Shown: positions 43,836-53,410 of the stretch, piece by piece
How positions within the stretch are numbered: the first letter of the stretch is position 1
How the letters are laid out: each line of letters opens with the position of its first letter
Source of the DNA: Candidatus Acidiferrales bacterium
Lineage (GTDB): Bacteria; Chloroflexota; Dormibacteria; Aeolococcales; Bog-877
Assembly (NCBI GenBank): GCA_035533655.1
Contig: DATLTJ010000107.1
Coordinates: 72-64,071, forward strand
DNA: 64,000 bases
Direction: 5' to 3'
Made by a program: the position numbers and the translations under genes
The notes under the pieces: generated by a model
What the model was told of the DNA's origin: nothing
The model's input: the letters and a program-made list of their open reading frames with translations, nothing else
The model's database searches: none

Positions 43836-44584
43836 GCCCTCGGGGTCTGCGGTCGCAAAGCCATGGACTAGCGGGCGTTCCGTGAGATTGGCTCTCTGGT
43901 CGTGAGCCTATGTCGTCCACTCGCACGCCGGCGAGCGCTCTGCGAATAACTTGATCTGACCTTGGATCAAGGTGTCGATTTGACCACCGTCCAGCGCGTG
44001 GAGATCCCCCGGTAAGACGAGGCCACGCGGTGGCCAGCCCCAGCCGCGATGGACGGGGCTGTCCTGCTCTCGTCGGGGCCGACCGGTAACTTCATCGACA
44101 TCCGTCCGCGCAGCCGAGCGTCGAAGGCACTGAGTAGCTCGGCCCGCGGCGCGCGGCTGACGTCTACCGGCTGGCGCCGCACCTCCGTCCCGCCTCAGTC
44201 TAGGTTTGCATCCCGCCGCAGCGACCGGCCGGGCAGTTGGCTCGGGCAGAGGGGGGTGGTCGACGAGTCTGGCAGCATTCTCGCCAGCTCGGATCAGCCG
44301 ACCTTCGGGTTGTGCGAGTGACACATGCTTGGAGCCAAAATGTAGCTGTCTGGCACCCTAGACTCTCAGCGCAGACTGGCCTACCATTCCAGCCCATGGA
44401 TTGGCTCGAATGACCGTCTCCGGGAGGGGGAGGACTGCCGCTGAGCCAGTCCGGACGCGCCAGCCAGGGGGCTGCTCCGGCTGGCCCACCTCCGCAGCGA
44501 ATCCCTTGTGCCTACCGGGCGCCGCTGACAACTTGCCCAAGCCCACGCGTACCTGAACAGAGACCAGGTCCGAGAGGAGAGAGC

Positions 44585-46324
44585 GTGACTGACATTCCCA
44601 GCGCTCAGCCGGCCGAAGCTCCACCAACCCAACCTGCCGGCCGGGCCCTCTTCGTACGGCAATCATCCGGACTGGTCCGCGAGGTCAGCGTCCGCAACGC
44701 GCTCTTCTTCAACGCTGCCGCGTTTATTGGCGCCGGGATCGGCTGGTACCCGGTCTTCTATGCCCTGCCGTTCATCGCCGTGGGCATGCTGGGACCCTTC
44801 TCGACCTACGGGTTGGCCGCCATCATCACCGGGGTCTTCTGCATTCTGGTGGGGCTGATCTACGCGTCACTTTCGACGGTGATGCCACGTTCCGGTGGGG
44901 ACTACGTCTTCACCAGCCGATTCATCCCTAAGGCCGGTCCCTTCATCGCCTGGGTCGAGTCATTCACGCTGGTTTTCGCCTCGCTGGCCATCATCGCCTT
45001 CGAGGTGCCCATCGTCCTGCGCAACCTGCAGATCTCCGGGCGGATCGTCGGGATCGGGACCGGGAACACGTTCATGGCGAGCGCCAACGGCTGGTTCACC
45101 AACAGCAGCGGCAGTATCGTGGGCTGGCAGGGGCTGGGGGGCTCGTTGATCGTGTTGCTGGTCATTTTCTGGGTGGTGATCCAACCCACTCGTCGGTTCC
45201 ACCGGATCGTCACCGTACTCGCCATCCTGGGGCTCGCCTGCGCGGCGGTGATGTGCGTGGTGGGACTGCTGCTGGTCCATCCCGCCCAGGTGGTGACTGG
45301 CTTGGAGAAGTTCGCCCACACCACCCCGACGGCCCTGGCTAAAGTCGCGAAGGCCGACGGCACGCTGGGGTCAGGGGTCAGCTTTGCGCCAGACGTGTTT
45401 GCCCTGATGGTCGGCGTGCTGCTCTTCCAATACATCGGGTTCCAATACAGCTCTTACATCGCCGGCGAGGTTAGGGGTAACGTCAAGAAGAGCATTCTGA
45501 TTGCGGTAATCGGGGCGCTCATCCTGGGCGTCTTCATGAACTCCGTCTACGTCGACCTCCTGTCGGGGAGCTTCGGGTTTGGCGGTCAGGTGGGCTGGGG
45601 CACCCTCTTCTGGCTGGGCAGCACGCACCTTCCCCTGGGACAGCCCAACTCGATGCCGCTCGTCGCGGCCATCGCCCAGCCGGGAGTCTGGCCCATCTGG
45701 TTGATAGTGAGCCTGGGCAGCATGCTCTTCCCATTCCTGCTCTGTCCGGTGTACATCAACTTCATCAGTCGGGTGTCACTGGCGTGGAGCCTCGACCGAC
45801 AGGTGCCGGAGTGGTTCGGGGTGGTGAGCGAGCGGCTGCGGGCCCCGATCAATTCGATCATGGTGGCCCTCGGCATCTCGGTGGTGCTGGTGATCCTGGA
45901 GAACTTCCCACTGCTGCCGCGGTCGATTACCCAGACCGGCTATCTGAACCTGGAGTCCACGGCCTGGTTTGCAATTGTGATGCTGGCGCTCACCTGGATC
46001 ATGCCGGGGATCAACGCCATCGTGGCAAGGTTCAGCCGACCCGATCTGATTAGAAACGCGCCCTTCCGTCGATGGCTAATTCCGATCGGCGTCGTCTGGG
46101 CGGTGTTCGCTCTGGTGGTCTACTACTTCGCTGGGGCCTTGCCGATCTGGAAGAGCCTGACCACCCCCCACGTCAACGCCGCTGCCTACCTGCGTGATAC
46201 CGGGCTGACCTTCTCCATAGGCATCGTGGTGTTCGCCCTCGTCTACTATGTGATTCGGGCGAGCATCAATCGCATGCGCGGTATCGACACGCAACTGCTT
46301 TATCAAGAGATTCCTCCGGACTGA
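44585..46324 (+). CDS. APC-superfamily amino acid/polyamine permease
   Basis: 579-aa protein with ~12-14 hydrophobic helices. The early GAGIGW...MPRSGGDYVF motif is typical of APC transporters. GTG start behind GAGAGGAGAGAG. Confidence 0.8.
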   Translation: MTDIPSAQPAEAPPTQPAGRALFVRQSSGLVREVSVRNALFFNAAAFIGAGIGWYPVFYALPFIAVGMLGPFSTYGLAAIITGVFCILVGLIYASLSTVMPRSGGDYVFTSRFIPKAGPFIAWVESFTLVFASLAIIAFEVPIVLRNLQISGRIVGIGTGNTFMASANGWFTNSSGSIVGWQGLGGSLIVLLVIFWVVIQPTRRFHRIVTVLAILGLACAAVMCVVGLLLVHPAQVVTGLEKFAHTTPTALAKVAKADGTLGSGVSFAPDVFALMVGVLLFQYIGFQYSSYIAGEVRGNVKKSILIAVIGALILGVFMNSVYVDLLSGSFGFGGQVGWGTLFWLGSTHLPLGQPNSMPLVAAIAQPGVWPIWLIVSLGSMLFPFLLCPVYINFISRVSLAWSLDRQVPEWFGVVSERLRAPINSIMVALGISVVLVILENFPLLPRSITQTGYLNLESTAWFAIVMLALTWIMPGINAIVARFSRPDLIRNAPFRRWLIPIGVVWAVFALVVYYFAGALPIWKSLTTPHVNAAAYLRDTGLTFSIGIVVFALVYYVIRASINRMRGIDTQLLYQEIPPD

Positions 46325-46371
46325 CCCCGATCGCGGAGTCGGTTTGGTGACGGTCGGAAGAGAAGGTACGC

Positions 46372-47376
46372 ATGCCTCTGCTTCGACGTAAGTCGAGCGC
46401 CGCTAGCGGTCCGACCCACCACAAGGTGACTCGCCTGTATATCGTGTCCGACTTCCACGCGGCGCTCCCGGCCTGGAAGAAGATGCTCAACGCAGTCAAG
46501 CTGAACCACTACCGTGCCGACGTCGTCCTCTACGCAGGAGACCTGACCGGCAAGGCGATCGTTCCAATCACTCAGACCGAGTCCGGATTCGAGGCGACGC
46601 TGCTCGGCGCCAAGCGCCAGGCGAGGGACGAGCAGGAACTGATGGCGCTGGAGCGCGACATCACCGGGATCGGCTACTACCCCTACCGGGCGACGGCGGC
46701 GGAACTGGAACACATTGGCGGCGATCCGGACAAGCTTCAAGCCCTCTTCGCCGAGAAGATCAGCAGCCAGGTGGGGGAATGGATGACGCTGGCCTCTGAA
46801 CGGGCGGGCTCGAGCGGGATCCCGATCGTCCTCATCCCCGGCAACGACGACCCCTACGAGATCGATCCGTCGCTGGCCGCCAGCACCTACTGCATCAACA
46901 CCGACGGGCGGATTACCGATCTCCCCGGCAACCTTCAGGTGCTTGGCCTCGGCAAGTCGAGCCCCACCCCCTGGAATACCCCTCGGGAGGTCTCAGAGGA
47001 CGACTTTCGGCAGCAGATCTACTCCTTGGCTGACCAGCTTCGCGACCGGCGCCGCTCGATCTTCCTGATCCACTGTCCTCCCTACGACACCGGGTTGGAC
47101 ACCGCCCCGCTACTCGACGCCGGGCTCAACGTGACCACGTCGGCCGGCGACGTGCTCCGAGGGCCGGTCGGGTCTCGCGGAGTTCTGGAAGCTGTCCAGG
47201 GAATCCATCCGTTGCTCAGTGTCCACGGGCACATCCACGAGTCGGCGGGAGAGCGCAAGGTGGGGGACACCCTCTGCGTTAACCCCGGCAGCGAAGCCGC
47301 CTTCGGGGTGGTGCGGGGCTACATTATCGACGTGACCTCGAATGGGATCGAGCGGGTCTTCCGGGTCGAAGGCTGA
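46372..47376 (+). CDS. Calcineurin-like metallophosphoesterase
   Basis: Ordered motifs SDFH, AGDL, PGNDD, IHCPP and VHGHIHE. Confidence 0.8.
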   Translation: MPLLRRKSSAASGPTHHKVTRLYIVSDFHAALPAWKKMLNAVKLNHYRADVVLYAGDLTGKAIVPITQTESGFEATLLGAKRQARDEQELMALERDITGIGYYPYRATAAELEHIGGDPDKLQALFAEKISSQVGEWMTLASERAGSSGIPIVLIPGNDDPYEIDPSLAASTYCINTDGRITDLPGNLQVLGLGKSSPTPWNTPREVSEDDFRQQIYSLADQLRDRRRSIFLIHCPPYDTGLDTAPLLDAGLNVTTSAGDVLRGPVGSRGVLEAVQGIHPLLSVHGHIHESAGERKVGDTLCVNPGSEAAFGVVRGYIIDVTSNGIERVFRVEG

Positions 47377-47378
47377 CG

Positions 47379-48143
47379 GTGGATGATCCGGCGCTCGACG
47401 CGGCGGTGACCCTGGTCCGGGTGGCGGCGGCCCGAGGCGTGCCCTTGCGGATCGTGGGCGGTCTGGCGGTCCGGTACCTGACCCCTGACTTTCCCGCCCG
47501 AACCAGGTCAGGGCAGGACCTCGACCTGGCGTCGACCGGCGAAGCGCGGCGAGACCTCACCACCTTTCTGGGCGAGCACGACTACCAGCCTGACAAGAAC
47601 TTCAACGCTCTCTACGGCCACAAGCAGCTCTACTTCCGATCTCCGGATGGGAGCCAGACCCTCGACGTCCTAGTCGACCGCTTCGAGATGTGCCACACCT
47701 TGGACTTCACTGGTCGTCTGACCAGAGTGCCGGTGACCCTGGACCCGACTGACCTGCTCCTGAGCAAGCTCCAGATCGTGCAGCTGAACGCCAAGGACGC
47801 CCAGGATGTCTGCTACCTCCTAGCCGTTGCCCCGCTCTCAGCCAGCGACACGCCGGGCGACATCGGCCTAGGCCGAATCGGCGAGTTGATGGGATCTGAC
47901 TGGGGCTGGTGGCGCACCGTCACCGCGAACCTAGATCTCATCTCTAAGCTGATCGACGAACGAGTCGAAGGACCTGCCGGCCCGCTGGTGCCGGATGGCC
48001 ACCGGGAAGAGGTGGCGGGCGCGGTGGTGTCCATCCGGGCGCACTGCGACCGGGTCCCCAAGTCACGGAAGTGGAAGTGGCGGGCCGCGATCGGGGACCG
48101 CAAGCGGTGGTACGAGCAGCCTGAAGAGGTCGACCACGACTAG
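47379..48143 (+). CDS. Pol-beta-fold nucleotidyltransferase-like protein (AbiEii/uncharacterised NTase-like)
   Basis: RIVGGLAVRYL...RSGQDLDLAS fits the hG[GS]...DxD NTase signature and resembles the GGTAL...RxSxDlDf pattern of AbiEii-type proteins. The C-terminal half is helical. GTG start lies 2 nt after the upstream stop. Confidence 0.6.
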   Translation: MDDPALDAAVTLVRVAAARGVPLRIVGGLAVRYLTPDFPARTRSGQDLDLASTGEARRDLTTFLGEHDYQPDKNFNALYGHKQLYFRSPDGSQTLDVLVDRFEMCHTLDFTGRLTRVPVTLDPTDLLLSKLQIVQLNAKDAQDVCYLLAVAPLSASDTPGDIGLGRIGELMGSDWGWWRTVTANLDLISKLIDERVEGPAGPLVPDGHREEVAGAVVSIRAHCDRVPKSRKWKWRAAIGDRKRWYEQPEEVDHD

Positions 48144-48195
48144 AGACCGGTTCATCATCCACCAGCGGCGCGGCGTGCCTGACTCTCCGGCCAAG

Positions 48196-49086
48196 GTGCG
48201 TCCAGGACACCGGGCGCCGCTCGGGCTGGGGCTGGTCCAGGACTGTTGGCACGGCGACCGGGCGGCTCAGCAGTTATCGCTCGGGGAGGGCGTCCGGGTG
48301 GCCGCCAGTCTGGGGGTGCAGTTGATCTGCCTGCCCGAACTCACCCTCTATCCCTACTTCGCGAGCAGGGCGGAGGGACTGGAGAGTCTGCAGTGGACGC
48401 CCGAGCCAGTCCTCGGTGGTCCTACCTTCGAGTTCCTCGGTGGTCTGGCGGGGGAGACCGGCTGCCATCTGCAGGCGTCCCTCTTCGAGGAGGGTGACGG
48501 CGGCGGAATCGGCTACAACACCTCGATCTGCGTGGCTCCCGACCGGACCCTGGTGGCCGCCACCCGCAAGGCCCATCTGCCCCGGACCGCCGGGTACTAC
48601 GAGGACCGCTACTTTCGGCCCGGCGACAGCGGGGTCCCGGTCCACGACGTCCACGGCGTTAGGGTGGGGTTTCCCACCTGTTGGGACCAGTGGTTCCCGG
48701 AGCTAGCCCGACTCTACTCGTTGGCCTCGGCGGAGCTGCTGGTGTTTCCCACCGCGATTGGGTCAGAGCCCGACCACCCCAGCTTCGACACGGCTCCGCT
48801 CTGGCAGACCGTGATGCGGGGCAACGGCATCATGAACGGTCTCTTCATGGCGGCCGTGAATCGGGTGGGGGAGGAGAACGGAATCACCTTCTACGGTTCT
48901 TCTTTCATCAGTGATCCCTACGGCAGGGTGCTGGCCAGTGCCGGGCCTGCCGAGCGAGCGGTGATCGTCGCCCAGATCGACCCCGATCAGCGACGCGACT
49001 GGCTCGATCTGTTCCCTTTTCTCGAGACCCGGCGGCCCGAGATCTACGGGGAGTTGACCAAGCAGCCGGGCGACGGATTCAGATGA
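48196..49086 (+). CDS. Carbon-nitrogen hydrolase (nitrilase superfamily, N-carbamoylputrescine amidase-like)
   Basis: Candidate catalytic Glu-Lys-Cys triad contexts: ICLPELTLYPYF, RKAHLP and FPTCWDQWFPE. Start uncertain (GTG 48196 or GTG 48175). Confidence 0.8.
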   Translation: MRPGHRAPLGLGLVQDCWHGDRAAQQLSLGEGVRVAASLGVQLICLPELTLYPYFASRAEGLESLQWTPEPVLGGPTFEFLGGLAGETGCHLQASLFEEGDGGGIGYNTSICVAPDRTLVAATRKAHLPRTAGYYEDRYFRPGDSGVPVHDVHGVRVGFPTCWDQWFPELARLYSLASAELLVFPTAIGSEPDHPSFDTAPLWQTVMRGNGIMNGLFMAAVNRVGEENGITFYGSSFISDPYGRVLASAGPAERAVIVAQIDPDQRRDWLDLFPFLETRRPEIYGELTKQPGDGFR

Positions 49087-49093
49087 AGGGAAT

Positions 49094-50800
49094 GTGCAGC
49101 TGGTGAGTACGCCGGGTAGGCCAGCCGCCGACACGGTCCTGGTGGAGGGGGCGGTGTACACCGTGGACGCCGCCCGGAGCTGGGCGGCGGCGATAGCCAT
49201 CAGGGACGGACGGATCATCGCTGTTGGCCGCGATGACGAGGTGCGGACACTGGTGGGACGACACACCAGAGTGCTCGCGCTGGCGGGCCGGATGGTTGTT
49301 CCCGGATTTCAGGACTCCCACGTGCACGCTCTTTCCGGCGGCCTCAGTCGCTTGCGCTGCGACCTCGCCCAGGAGCACACAGTGACCGGCTATTTGGACA
49401 GGCTCGAAGGCTACGCGACCGCCCATCCCACGCTGTCCTGGATCGTGGGGGAGGGCTGGTCGATGGACGTCTTCCCCGGGGGCACCCCGGGGAAGGAGCT
49501 GCTCGACCGGATCATCCCCGACCGCCCAGTCTTCCTGGGAAATCGGGACAACCATGGAGCGTGGGTCAACAGTCGGGCGTTGGCGCTGGCTGGGGTCGAC
49601 CGCGACACCCCTGATCCCCAGGAAGGCCGGATCGAGCGTCGGGAAGATGGCGAACCTCAGGGCACGCTGCAGGAAGGCGCCATGGGGCTGGTCAGCCAGC
49701 ACCTTCCCCCGATCAGCTCAGCTGAGTTGCGAAACGGGCTGCTGGAGGGACAGCGTTACCTGCACAGCCTGGGCATAACCGGGTGGCAGGATGCAATCGT
49801 GGGGCGGTACGCCACCATGCCCGACAACTTCGACACGTATCGGGAGCTGGCGGCCAGCGGAGAGCTCACCGGCCGGGTCGTGGGCGCGCTCTGGTGGGAG
49901 CGCGGCGCTGGGCTGGACCAGCTGGACGGGCTGATCGGAAGGCGGGCGGCGGTCGGTGCCGGGCGTTTCCAGGCCACCAGCGTCAAGCTGATGATCGACG
50001 GTATCTGCGAGACCTTCACCGCGGCGGTCAGTGAGCCCTACCTGGATGGTGCCGGTCGCCCGACCGCCAACCTCGGCCTCACCTTCTTCGACCCCGACTC
50101 GCTTCTCGAGGAAGCGGCGGCCATCGACGCCGCCGGCTTCCAGCTGCATTTCCATGCCATCGGAGATAGGGCGGTGCGTTTGGCGCTGGACGCGGTGGCT
50201 CAAGCCCGCCTTCGCAACGGTGCCCGCGACCACCGTCACCACATTGCCCATCTGCAGCTGGTGCGCCCCCAAGATCGGCCTCGTTTCCGGGAGCTGGGAG
50301 TGGCGGCTAATACCCAGCCGTTCTGGTCCATGCTGGACCGTCAGATGGAGGAGCTAACCCTCCCTTTCCTGGGCAGCGAGCGAGCCGCTTGGCAGTATCC
50401 GTGGGCCAGCCTGCGCCGCCACGGGGCCATGCTGACCGTGGGCAGCGACTGGCCGGTGTCCAGCCCCGACCCGCTTTGGCTGCTGCACGTCATGGTCAAT
50501 CGACAGGCTCCATCGGCGTTCGCCGCCGCCGTCGGACTGCCGATGCGGGGTCCGCCCTTTCTGCCCGACGAGCGGGTGGAATTGGCCACCGCGTTAGCGG
50601 CGGCCACCATTGGCTCCGCCTATGTGAATCACCTGGAGGACCAGACCGGCTCGATAGAGGTGGGCAAGCTGGCCGATCTGACGGTGCTGGACCGCAATCT
50701 CTTCGCCGCGCCCCCGAGTTCGATTGGGGAGGCCCGGACCGTGCTGACGATGGTTGAAGGGGATCCGGTTTACGCCGATCCCCAGCTGGTGAGTTGGTAG
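49094..50800 (+). CDS. Metal-dependent amidohydrolase (YtcJ-like, Amidohydro_3)
   Basis: VPGFQDSHVHA metal-binding start, HAIGDRA and a late ..GSDWPV.. motif. Confidence 0.8.
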   Translation: MQLVSTPGRPAADTVLVEGAVYTVDAARSWAAAIAIRDGRIIAVGRDDEVRTLVGRHTRVLALAGRMVVPGFQDSHVHALSGGLSRLRCDLAQEHTVTGYLDRLEGYATAHPTLSWIVGEGWSMDVFPGGTPGKELLDRIIPDRPVFLGNRDNHGAWVNSRALALAGVDRDTPDPQEGRIERREDGEPQGTLQEGAMGLVSQHLPPISSAELRNGLLEGQRYLHSLGITGWQDAIVGRYATMPDNFDTYRELAASGELTGRVVGALWWERGAGLDQLDGLIGRRAAVGAGRFQATSVKLMIDGICETFTAAVSEPYLDGAGRPTANLGLTFFDPDSLLEEAAAIDAAGFQLHFHAIGDRAVRLALDAVAQARLRNGARDHRHHIAHLQLVRPQDRPRFRELGVAANTQPFWSMLDRQMEELTLPFLGSERAAWQYPWASLRRHGAMLTVGSDWPVSSPDPLWLLHVMVNRQAPSAFAAAVGLPMRGPPFLPDERVELATALAAATIGSAYVNHLEDQTGSIEVGKLADLTVLDRNLFAAPPSSIGEARTVLTMVEGDPVYADPQLVSW

Positions 50801-50872
50801 GCGAAGGTCTCCTGGTCCAGCGTCATAAAGGCCACGACAACCGGGGCTAACACGGTGCCCCATCGGAGGCGG

Positions 50873-52300
50873 TCACCTGCTGCCCCAGCTGACAACTCTC
50901 TCAATGGCTTTGGCAACCATCAAGACGGTCAGGTCATCGAAGCGGCGGCCGACCACCTGCACCCCGATGGGCAGGCCGTCCTTGGTGCGGCCGCAAGGCA
51001 CCGAGATGACCGGGCACTGGGGCACGAAGTTGAAGGGACAGGTCATGTCCAGCCCCAGGAGTTTGCCGCTCTCGCTCGGCGCGCCGTAGGAGTCGTCGTC
51101 GAGCCCCTCCGCCGCCGGCACCGGCACGGCCAGGGTGGGGCAGATCAGCACTTCGTGGGATTGCAGGACCGGCGCCAGGCATTGCCACTGCCGTGACCTC
51201 GCAAGGTCGATCTGCTTGAAGGAGACGGCGTCCATGTGCTGTCCCTGACGGATCAGCCGGAGCAGGGCCGGGTCCATGACTTCACCGTACGCCTCGATCT
51301 TGTCGCCGTACATCGCTGCCAGTAGGACGCCCCAGTAGGCAGCCCAGCTGTCGACCACCTCTCGTTCCCAGCCCAGCTCAACCTGGTCGACCGTCGCCCC
51401 CAGCTCGCGGAGCGCCATCCCGACTGCCAAGCAGCCATCGCGTACCTGCGGATCCACCTCGAAGAACCCTAGGTCGATGCTGAGGGCTACCCGCAGTCCG
51501 CTGACTTGGACCGGCACCGGAATGCTGAAGCTTGGGCGATCGAGCAGCGAGAGCGGGTCGCGCTCGTCCGGACCCGCCATGACATTGAGCATCAGGGCGC
51601 AGTCGTCGACCGAGCGGGCCAGCGGACCGTGGTGGAAGATGGTCTCGAAGTCGTTGCCGGTCGAGTGCATGGGGACGCGTCCCAGTGGCGGCTTGTAGCC
51701 GACCACCCCGCAGCAGGAAGCGGGAATTCTGACCGATCCTCCCGCATCAGAACCCTCGGCGACCGCGACCATGCCCGTCGCCACGGCTCCGGCCGAGCCC
51801 CCGGAGCTGCCTCCCGGAGTGCGACTGGAGTCCCAGGGGTTGCGTGATACACCCCACAGGTGACTTCGGGTGAATGAGGAGTGCGCCAGCTCGCTGGTCG
51901 TCGTCTTACCGAGCAGGATTCCGCCCGCCTGGCGTAGTCGTTCGACCACCGGGGGGTCCTCGGTGGGGATCCAGTCTTTGAATGCCTCGCTCCCCAGAGT
52001 CGTCACCTTCCCCTTGGTTGGCATGAAGTCCTTGAGCGCATAAGGGACGCCCCAGAACGGTCCCGGCGTTCGGCCTTGCTGGACCATCCGATCGATCTCG
52101 GCCGCAGTCGCCAGGGCCTCCTCCTCATAGACGAAGCAGAAGAAGTTGTACTTCTGGTTGAGCAGGCGAATCCGCTCCAGGTGCGAACTCGCCACCGCCA
52201 CCGCGGACCACTCCCCCCGGCCGACGCGGGAAGCTATTTCGACAGCTCCTGTCAGGTGGGAGTCGGCGCCGGAGACCCTCAGATCGTCAAGCCAGGACAC
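50873..52300 (-). CDS. Amidase (amidase-signature family)
   Basis: Signature GGSSGGSAGAVATGMVAVAEGSDAGGSVRIPASCCGVVGYKP. Confidence 0.88.
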   Translation of the reverse strand: MSWLDDLRVSGADSHLTGAVEIASRVGRGEWSAVAVASSHLERIRLLNQKYNFFCFVYEEEALATAAEIDRMVQQGRTPGPFWGVPYALKDFMPTKGKVTTLGSEAFKDWIPTEDPPVVERLRQAGGILLGKTTTSELAHSSFTRSHLWGVSRNPWDSSRTPGGSSGGSAGAVATGMVAVAEGSDAGGSVRIPASCCGVVGYKPPLGRVPMHSTGNDFETIFHHGPLARSVDDCALMLNVMAGPDERDPLSLLDRPSFSIPVPVQVSGLRVALSIDLGFFEVDPQVRDGCLAVGMALRELGATVDQVELGWEREVVDSWAAYWGVLLAAMYGDKIEAYGEVMDPALLRLIRQGQHMDAVSFKQIDLARSRQWQCLAPVLQSHEVLICPTLAVPVPAAEGLDDDSYGAPSESGKLLGLDMTCPFNFVPQCPVISVPCGRTKDGLPIGVQVVGRRFDDLTVLMVAKAIERVVSWGSR

Positions 52301-52528
52301 GCTCCCCTCCTGCGGCAGCCGTCGACGGGCCGGGGCGGGTGGCTGCGTGCGGGCGCCTGCCCAACAAAGTCTAGATCATGACCGGGTCGGCGATCGGCAA
52401 GTCACGTTGGGCTAACATGGCCGGGGCGAGCAAATTCACATGCCCGGCGGACGCCTCCCGGGGTCCCTTCAGAGGGCCGGCAGGCGGTTGATGCCAGGCA
52501 GAGGCGGTAACGAATTAGGAGGGCGAGC

Positions 52529-53410
52529 ATGCCTGTGGCCACGCTCACCGAGCTGCTCCAGAACGGTGTCCATTTCGGACATCAGACCAGCCGGTGGAAT
52601 CCGAAAATGCGGCACTACATCTTCGCCAGTAAGGGCGGGATCCACATCATCGACGTGTCCCAGACCGTCGATCTGCTGGACCAAGCCTGCCTCTTCGCCC
52701 ACGACACGGTCGCTCAGGGCGGCCAGATCCTCTTCGTGGGCACCAAGAAGCAGGCCCAAGACACGATCCAGGAGCAGTGTGCCCGGAGCCACCAGCCGTT
52801 CGTGGTGAACCGCTGGATGGGCGGGATGCTGACCAACTTCGAGGTGGTCAAGCGCCAGCTGAAGCGGATGGCGGAGCTGCTCGAGATGCGCGACAAGGGA
52901 GCACTGGCGACCCTTAGCAAGAAGGAGCAGCGCCGGCGCACCGACGAGCTGGACCGGCTGGAGCGGAATTTTGGCGGGATCACCAACATGAAGCGGCTGC
53001 CGGCGGCGGTCTTCGTGGTCGATCCCCACAAAGAGCGGCTGGCAGTCACTGAGGCGCGCAAGTTGGAGATCCCGATCATTGCGATCACCGACACCAACTG
53101 CGATCCCGAGGAGATCAGCCAGATCATCCCAGGTAACGACGACGCCATCCGCAGCGTTCGGCTGATTGTGACCAGGCTCGTCGACGCGGTGATGCAGGGG
53201 CTGGAGGAACATCACCAGATCGAGCTGGTCCAGTCCCAGAAGGCCGAGGTAGAACGTCAGGCCCAGGCCGAGGAAGCCCGCATCGCCGCTGCCAAGGCGG
53301 AGGTAGAGGCGGAAGCGGCCCGGGTGGCCGCCGAGGCGGCGGAAGCCAGCGAAGCTGAGACCCCGCCTGCTGACGCCTCCCCGGCGGCGACCGAGGCGGC
53401 GACCGAGTGA
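52529..53410 (+). CDS. rpsB: 30S ribosomal protein S2 (with Ala/Glu-rich C-terminal tail)
   Basis: [20 protein letters not shown]-terminus and the conserved core. RBS is AGGAGGG. Confidence 0.93.
   Translation: MPVATLTELLQNGVHFGHQTSRWNPKMRHYIFASKGGIHIIDVSQTVDLLDQACLFAHDTVAQGGQILFVGTKKQAQDTIQEQCARSHQPFVVNRWMGGMLTNFEVVKRQLKRMAELLEMRDKGALATLSKKEQRRRTDELDRLERNFGGITNMKRLPAAVFVVDPHKERLAVTEARKLEIPIIAITDTNCDPEEISQIIPGNDDAIRSVRLIVTRLVDAVMQGLEEHHQIELVQSQKAEVERQAQAEEARIAAAKAEVEAEAARVAAEAAEASEAETPPADASPAATEAATE

Noticed and set aside
43908-44324. 138-aa minus-strand ORF as a real gene. Overlapping ORFs lie at 43967..44182 and 44049..44321.
   Set aside because: It has Arg/Pro/Ala-rich composition, A/T-ending rare codons, mutually overlapping alternatives in other frames and no recognisable motif. 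It is reported only as part of a gene-poor interval.
44325-44584. Assigning the permease leader to a known riboswitch class (glycine, lysine, c-di-AMP/ydaO, T-box).
   Set aside because: I could not find the conserved cores: no CACCGAAGGGGCAA-type glycine core, no T-box AGGGTGGTACCGCG, and only a vague GAATCC...GCTGACAAC resemblance to ydaO. It is left as an unclassified leader pending a covariance-model scan.
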